This document shows, in pieces, positions 58,220 to 64,000 of a stretch of DNA of 64,000 nucleotides. The notes under the pieces are model-generated. The model had not been told where the DNA came from, made no database searches, and saw only the letters and a list, made by a program, of their open reading frames with translations. Source of the DNA: Acidobacteriota bacterium. GTDB taxonomy: Bacteria > Acidobacteriota > UBA6911 > RPQK01 > JAJDTT01. The stretch spans positions 2,016,001 to 2,080,000 of the forward strand of contig OZ253580.1 in assembly GCA_965263035.1 (NCBI GenBank). The letters run 5' to 3'. The position numbers and the translations under genes were made by a program. The stretch's first letter is position 1. Each line of letters starts with the position of its first letter.

Positions 58220-59002
58220 TCAGCGAGGACGGGGCAGCGAGCTTTTGATGGCGACGTCCTGAATCAGCGACCGGAGCGCGTCGCTCGCCCACAGCGACGC
58301 ATGCCGGGAACTCATCGAGGGCAGGCCCAGCACCCGGGTCCCGGTCAGATACCCGGCCCCGGCGTAGTAGTTCCCCTTCAGCCGGCCGAGCTTGACCCGC
58401 CGCGACGTGCGGGAGTCCGGATCCACTCTCCACTCGCCCACGATCTCCATCCCGAAGGCGCTCTTGACGGCCGCCCAGGGGGAGCGGCCCGGGCCGTTGC
58501 CGTCACACAGGATCCACTCCGGGGCCACCGAGATCAGCGCCTTCGCCAGCCAGTCGACACTGTAGACCCAGAGCTCGAGAGGGAGATCTCCCACCCGGGC
58601 CGTCCGGTAGGCGCAGACATTGAAGCAGGCCGTGGCTCGAAGCGCCCCTTCCCACTCGGACCCGTAGAGAGTCTCGAACAACCGGTGCACCCGCTTTTGA
58701 TGGGGAGAGTACGGGTCCCCGTCCGGCCAGCGCTCATCCAGATGGGCGTTCCACGGCGGCTCCCGCCGTTCATAGGGCGCCCCCAGATAACCCTCGTCCC
58801 GGTCGTGCGCCAGGGCCTCACGGCCACCTGAAGGGTTGACGCCGAGAAAGACCACGGAGGAGCCCTGCTCGATGCAGCGGGCGTCCCCGGACCAGCACTT
58901 GAACCCATGGAGGTTCCGAGGGGACTTCGTCAAGAGCACCCGGGCCATCCGTTCCAGCATGGCCGCAGCCAGAAAACCCTTCCTCGAGATCCGTTTCACC
59001 AT
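58220..59002 (-). CDS. Uracil-DNA glycosylase superfamily protein (atypical)
   Basis: VVFLGVNPSGG (motif A-like), FN, PEWILCDG, VLGLPSMS (motif B-like); AAGGAGG RBS 9 nt before ATG 59002. Confidence 0.6.
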   Translation of the reverse strand: MVKRISRKGFLAAAMLERMARVLLTKSPRNLHGFKCWSGDARCIEQGSSVVFLGVNPSGGREALAHDRDEGYLGAPYERREPPWNAHLDERWPDGDPYSPHQKRVHRLFETLYGSEWEGALRATACFNVCAYRTARVGDLPLELWVYSVDWLAKALISVAPEWILCDGNGPGRSPWAAVKSAFGMEIVGEWRVDPDSRTSRRVKLGRLKGNYYAGAGYLTGTRVLGLPSMSSRHASLWASDALRSLIQDVAIKSSLPRPR

Positions 59003-60005
59003 CGTGCCCATCCTCCTTGCGGAGCCCACAAAAGGGAGAGAAGAGCCGAATTGATCGGCTTCGCCGGCTCGAACGCCCTCGAGGGTAGCTGGATACCTTC
59101 TCACAAGTTCCTGCCTCGAGCGGGCCGGACCGGATCCGCACCGGCCGTCGTTTCCGCCTCTAGAACCCATCGGGCCGCAAGAAGATTCCCCGCCGTAACT
59201 CCGCCCGGCGGGCTCGACGTCCCTGACTTCCGCGCGCAGGGACGTCAGAAGGTCCCGGATGCTGTCGAGCCGGGCTCCTCAGCGCCAGGAGTCGGTCCGT
59301 TTTGCTCTTGTCGGGCCGATTCCGAGAAAAAAGACCTCCGTAGAGGGCCTATGTTGGCCTCGCGCGGGAGGACGAAGGGTTGGATATAGGCCCTTGGGCG
59401 GCGCCCCGGCTCCCGCCGCTCGGGCCCGCGGAAAGAGGATTTCTCAAACCGCCCCCGGCGGTTGTATGGTCAATAGTGGATCCGGGCCTGTACGGGGAAA
59501 ATCCGCCGTCCCGACTTCCGGAACTCGCCGGGCAGTGTCGTGTATTCGGTGGAGTTTGCGGAACACGATAATCGGCCGGCTGAACGAACAATCTCCGATC
59601 TCGGACTTGATACACAGGCCACCGGCGGTCCGCCGCCGCCGCGGGCAGTTCGACTCTCTCAGAGGAGAAGCTGGCCCCAGCCGGTAGAAGGAGAGGGCAA
59701 ATGCAAGACCTGCGAGGGCCGAGGAAGATCCGGTCGGGGCTGGTGATGGTGTGGCCCCACCCTTCGAGAAGCGAGCGCGGCCTACCGGAGCCGGGCCGGC
59801 CACGGCCGCGGGGCCGAGATCCGGCCGAATCTCGCCGCCGTCGGGTGGCTGGTGGAGTTTCAGCCTGGACGGGAAGCCGTTGCGCGCCGTGGTGGTGTCC
59901 ACGGACGAGGAGGCCCACGACGTGGCCCAGGAGTACGTGGACACAGGACAGGGTGACAGGGACACTCCCTAGGATGATGCAATTCTTCGCTGTACGGAGC
60001 ACAAT

Positions 60006-60170
60006 ATGTGGGAAAATGATTCGCTGGAATTCCCGATCACGCTCCAAGATCCCATGGCTCCAGGTGTTGCGCGGCAACATCCCAGGGGTAGACACGAGAA
60101 ACGGTCCGTCGTCGGGTCCACCCTCACCATCAAGGGAGAGGTGAGTGGAGGAACGGAGGAGCGGGAGTGA
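60006..60170 (+). pseudogene. Truncated bactofilin N-terminus
   Basis: GGAG RBS; MWEND...KRSVVGSTLTIKGEVSGG, then a premature stop. Confidence 0.55.
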
Positions 60171-60201
60171 CGAGGAACGGAACGGGGTGCCGCTGAGCCG
60201 G

Positions 60202-62556
60202 ATGGACAAGCGAGGTCTCTCGGAGCGCGATATCTGCACGAAGTTCATTACGCCGGCCCTGCGCAGGGCCGGGTGGGACGAGATGTCGCAGATTCGCGAG
60301 GAGGTGAGCTTCACCAAGGGCCGCATCATCGTGCGCGGCAAGCTGGTCACACGCGGACGAGCCAAACGCGCCGACTACATTCTTTACGTCAAGCCGAACA
60401 TCCCGATCGCCGTGATCGAGGCGAAGGACAATTCCCACAGCGTCGGCGACGGCATGCAGCAGGCGCTGGATTACGCCGAGACCCTGAACGTTCCCTTCGC
60501 GTTCTCTTCGAACGGCGACGGCTTCGTGTTCCACGACCGTACGGGGGCCAGCACACCACTCGAGTCGAACCTTCCTCTCGAAGGCTTTCCGTCACCGACC
60601 GATCTGTGGGCGCGCTATCGGGCCTGGAAAGACCTGACGCCGGAAGCCGAGAAGATCGTCCTTCAAGACTATTTCGAGGACGGGAGCGGCAAGACGCCGC
60701 GCTACTACCAGGCCAACGCCGTCAACGCCGCGATCGAGGCCATCGCCAAGGGGCAGGACCGTATCCTGCTCGTCATGGCCACGGGCACGGGAAAGACGTA
60801 CACCGCCTTCCAGATCATCTGGCGGCTGTGGAAGGCGCGGCGCAAGAAGCGCATCCTGTTCCTCGCCGACCGAAACGTGCTCATCGACCAGACGATGGCG
60901 AACGATTTCCGTCCCTTCGGCGGCACGATGACGAAGCTCTCGCGCCGCATCGACACCGCCTACGAGGTCTATCTCGGACTCTATCAGGCGATCACCGGGC
61001 CGGAGGAACACCAGAAGGCCTACCGGAAGTTCTCGCGGGGGTTCTTCGATCTGATCGTGATCGACGAATGCCACCGGGGCAGTGCCGCCGACGATTCAGT
61101 GTGGCACGAGATCCTCGAGTACTTCTCCTCCGCAACCCAGATCGGCCTCACGGCCACGCCGAAGGAGACGAAGTACGTCTCCAACGTCGCCTATTTCGGG
61201 GATCCGGTCTTCTCCTACTCCTTGAAGCAGGGCATCCGCGACGGTTTCCTCGCGCCCTACAAGGTGGTCAAGGTCCATATCGATCGCGACGTGGAAGGCT
61301 ACCGCCCAGAGAAGGGCAAGCTCGACCGCGACGGCAAGGAGGTTGAGGATCGCGTCTACAACTCGACGGACTTCGACCGGACGCTGGTCATCGCCGACCG
61401 GACGACACGCGTAGCGCAGAAGGTCACGGCTTTCCTGAAGGAGAGTGGCGATCGTTTCCAGAAGGCGATCATCTTTTGCGTCGATCAGGAGCACGCCGCG
61501 CGGATGCGTCAGGAACTCATCAACGAGAACGCCGATCTTGCCGAGGACAATTCGCGTTACGTCATGCGGATCACGGGTGGCGATGCTGCGGGACAGGCCG
61601 AACTCGGGAACTTCATCGACCCGGAATCGAAATACCCTGTCCTGGTCACCACATCGCGGCTGCTATCCACCGGCGTCGATGTCCAGACCTGTCGGTTGAT
61701 CGTACTCGACCGAGCGGTGGGGTCGATGACCGAGTTCAAGCAGATCGTCGGCCGCGGTACCCGCGTGCACGAAGACACACGAAAGTTCTACTTCACGCTC
61801 ATCGACTTCCGGCGTGCCACCGTTCATTTCGCGGACCCGGAGTTCGACGGCGAGCCGGTCCAGATCCACGCGCCGGGAGAAGACGATCCGATCGTCCCAC
61901 CCGATGTGCCGCCTACGGACGAGGACGGGCTCGGCGACGACGAGATCATGATCGATGGAGTGGATCCACCACCACCGGGTCCGGGGCCACAGAAGAAAAT
62001 CTATATCGACGGCGTCGAGGTGGCCATCATCGCCGAGCGGGTGACATACCTCGACGGGAACGGCAAGCTGGTGACCGAGTCGCTGCGCGACTTCACGAGG
62101 AAGGCCCTGCGCAGGCGCTTCGCGAGCCTTGACGACTTCCTGAACCGTTGGAACGCCGTCAAGCGCAAGCAGGCGATCATTGATGAGATGGCGGCCGAGG
62201 GCCTGCCGCTGACCGTGATCGTCGAAGAGTTAGGCAAGGATCTCGACCCCTTCGATCTCGTCTGTCACGTTGCCTTCGACGCCAAACCGCTGACCCGCCG
62301 TGAGCGGGCCGAGAACGTCAAGAAGCGGGATGTGTTCACGAAATACGGAGGTCAGGCCCGCGCCGTGCTCGACGCGTTGCTCGACAAGTATGCCGACGAG
62401 GGCATACTCAATCTCGACGACGCCAACGTCCTCAGGATCCCGCCACTCGACAGTCTCGGCACACCGTTGGAACTGGTCCGCGCCTTCGGCGGGAAGCCCG
62501 ATTTCGACCGGGCCGTGCACAATCTTCAGTTCGCTCTCTACCGGGAGATTGCCTGA
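60202..62556 (+). CDS. hsdR: Type I restriction enzyme R subunit (EcoAI/EcoEI-like)
   Basis: ADYIL..IAVIEAK nuclease motif; MATGTGKT; DECH; QIVGRGTR; DLDPFDLVCHVAFD C-domain. Confidence 0.95.
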   Translation: MDKRGLSERDICTKFITPALRRAGWDEMSQIREEVSFTKGRIIVRGKLVTRGRAKRADYILYVKPNIPIAVIEAKDNSHSVGDGMQQALDYAETLNVPFAFSSNGDGFVFHDRTGASTPLESNLPLEGFPSPTDLWARYRAWKDLTPEAEKIVLQDYFEDGSGKTPRYYQANAVNAAIEAIAKGQDRILLVMATGTGKTYTAFQIIWRLWKARRKKRILFLADRNVLIDQTMANDFRPFGGTMTKLSRRIDTAYEVYLGLYQAITGPEEHQKAYRKFSRGFFDLIVIDECHRGSAADDSVWHEILEYFSSATQIGLTATPKETKYVSNVAYFGDPVFSYSLKQGIRDGFLAPYKVVKVHIDRDVEGYRPEKGKLDRDGKEVEDRVYNSTDFDRTLVIADRTTRVAQKVTAFLKESGDRFQKAIIFCVDQEHAARMRQELINENADLAEDNSRYVMRITGGDAAGQAELGNFIDPESKYPVLVTTSRLLSTGVDVQTCRLIVLDRAVGSMTEFKQIVGRGTRVHEDTRKFYFTLIDFRRATVHFADPEFDGEPVQIHAPGEDDPIVPPDVPPTDEDGLGDDEIMIDGVDPPPPGPGPQKKIYIDGVEVAIIAERVTYLDGNGKLVTESLRDFTRKALRRRFASLDDFLNRWNAVKRKQAIIDEMAAEGLPLTVIVEELGKDLDPFDLVCHVAFDAKPLTRRERAENVKKRDVFTKYGGQARAVLDALLDKYADEGILNLDDANVLRIPPLDSLGTPLELVRAFGGKPDFDRAVHNLQFALYREIA

Positions 62557-62559
62557 GAG

Positions 62560-64000
62560 ATGTCCGTCAGCACCCTCGTCAAGTCGATTCAGAACATCAT
62601 GCGCCAGGATGTGGGCGTCGACGGCGATGCGCAGCGCATCAGCCAACTGTGCTGGATGTTCTTCCTCAAGATCATCGACGATCAGGACCAGGAGCTCGAA
62701 CTTCTCAAGGACGGCTACCGTTCGCCTGTTCCCGTCCGTCTGCGTTGGCGGAACTGGGCCGCCGATCCGGAAGGCATCACGGGCGAGGAACTGCTCGACT
62801 TCGTCAACGGCGATCTCTTTCCGCGGCTGAAGGGGCTCCCGCCCAGGGCCGGCCCTCGCGCGAACGTCGTGCGCGACGTGTTCGAGGATGCCTACAACTA
62901 CATGAAGTCCGGCCAGCTGATGCGGCAGGTCGTCAATAAGATCAACGGCATCGATTTCAACAACCTGGCTGCGCGCCGGCACTTCGGCGACATCTACGAG
63001 CAGATCCTGAACGACCTGCAATCGGCCGGCAACGCGGGCGAATACTACACGCCGCGCGCCGTGACCTCGTTCATGGCGCGGATGATCGACCCGAAACCGG
63101 GTGAGACGCTGTTCGATCCGGCGTGCGGCACCGGTGGGTTCCTCACCTGCTCCATCCGTCATATGCACGAACGCTATGTGAAGCGGCCCGAAGATGAAGC
63201 AAAAATGCAGGCCTCACTGAGGGCGGTGGAGAAGAAGCCGCTTCCCCACATGCTGGCCGTCACGAACATGCTCCTGCACGGCATCGAGGATCCGTCCTTT
63301 CTGTGCCGCGACAACACGCTCGCACGGCCCTACATCTCGTGGGGCCGGGACGAGCGCGTGGACATCGTCCTGACCAATCCACCGTTCGGCGGCAAGGAGG
63401 AGGACGGCATCGAGTCGAACTTCCCGAAGCACTTCCAGACGCGCGAGACGGCGGACCTGTTCCTCGCTCTGATCATCCGGCTCCTGAAACCCGGAGGCAG
63501 GGCTGCCGTGGTCCTACCCGATGGCTCCCTGTTCGGCGAGGGTGTCAAGACCCGGCTCAAGGAGCATCTGATGGAGGAATGCAACCTTCACACCATCGTG
63601 CGCCTGCCGAACTCAGTGTTCCGTCCATACGCCTCGATCGGGACGAACTTGTTGTTCTTCGAGAAGGGCGAACCAACCAAGGATGTCTGGTTCTGGGAAC
63701 ATCTCGTTCCCGAGGGTCAGAAGGCCTATTCCATGACCCGGCCCATCCGGTTGGAGCATCTTGAGGACTGTGCCGCTTGGTGGGGCGGGGCGCAACGCAA
63801 GAGCCGCGAGGAAGGTGGCTATGCTTGGAAGGTGACTGCCGAGGAGATCACGGCGCGCGGGCACAATCTCGACATCAAGAATCCTTATACGGAGGAAGAG
63901 GACTACGGCGATCCCGAGACGCTTCTGGAGGAGTTGATGAACGCCGAGGCCGAGGTGATGTCAGTGCGAGACTGCTTGAAGAGAATCCTGGCCGAGGCGC
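62560..64000 (+). CDS. hsdM: Type I R-M methyltransferase subunit (runs off the window end)
   Basis: MSVSTLVKSIQNIMRQDVGVDGDAQR; GEYYTPR; DPACGTGGFL; NPPF; absent from the ORF track because the stop lies outside the window. Confidence 0.95.
   Translation, partial: MSVSTLVKSIQNIMRQDVGVDGDAQRISQLCWMFFLKIIDDQDQELELLKDGYRSPVPVRLRWRNWAADPEGITGEELLDFVNGDLFPRLKGLPPRAGPRANVVRDVFEDAYNYMKSGQLMRQVVNKINGIDFNNLAARRHFGDIYEQILNDLQSAGNAGEYYTPRAVTSFMARMIDPKPGETLFDPACGTGGFLTCSIRHMHERYVKRPEDEAKMQASLRAVEKKPLPHMLAVTNMLLHGIEDPSFLCRDNTLARPYISWGRDERVDIVLTNPPFGGKEEDGIESNFPKHFQTRETADLFLALIIRLLKPGGRAAVVLPDGSLFGEGVKTRLKEHLMEECNLHTIVRLPNSVFRPYASIGTNLLFFEKGEPTKDVWFWEHLVPEGQKAYSMTRPIRLEHLEDCAAWWGGAQRKSREEGGYAWKVTAEEITARGHNLDIKNPYTEEEDYGDPETLLEELMNAEAEVMSVRDCLKRILAEA

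Noticed and set aside
59641-59665. GTTCGACTC T-loop-like motif
   Set aside because: No pairing T-stem or cloverleaf
59751-59972. Weak resemblance to an acetate kinase C-terminus (LRAVVVSTDEE)
   Set aside because: Too short and degenerate to support without a search

Overview
High-GC window whose gene content (Oar/CarboxypepD_reg-type TonB-dependent receptors, CRTAC1/ASPIC-UnbV, TPR and GWxTD proteins) points to Acidobacteriota, possibly a marine host-associated lineage; the taxonomy is inference. Bases 1-54.4 kb are a glycan-foraging region: three TBDRs, ten paralogous secreted beta-propeller/beta-sandwich glycosidase-like proteins, two Asp-box sialidase-like proteins, a sulfatase, SDR, Gfo/Idh/MocA, a Tat-lipoprotein UxuA-like dehydratase and an SSS symporter. 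It is interrupted by REP hairpins, a 159-bp MITE family and one IS110 element. The best-supported finding is that IS110 (21991-23714). Its left non-coding end reads as a complete bridge RNA. The target loop (AATGTCCC / GGAGGGGA) matches the REP-like hairpin it inserted into, the donor loop (GGGAAGT / GTACAGG) matches its own circle junction, and circularisation builds a TTGACA-N18-TACCCT promoter. From about 54.4 kb the window becomes a decayed mobile/defence island: a tRNA-like 3' fragment, a portal-like pseudogene, a Xer/dif-like site with six degenerate repeats, an atypical UDG-superfamily gene, a truncated bactofilin and a type I R-M system (hsdR, partial hsdM). No CRISPR array, rRNA or intact tRNA was found. 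All family calls come from motif recognition by eye; no searches were run.
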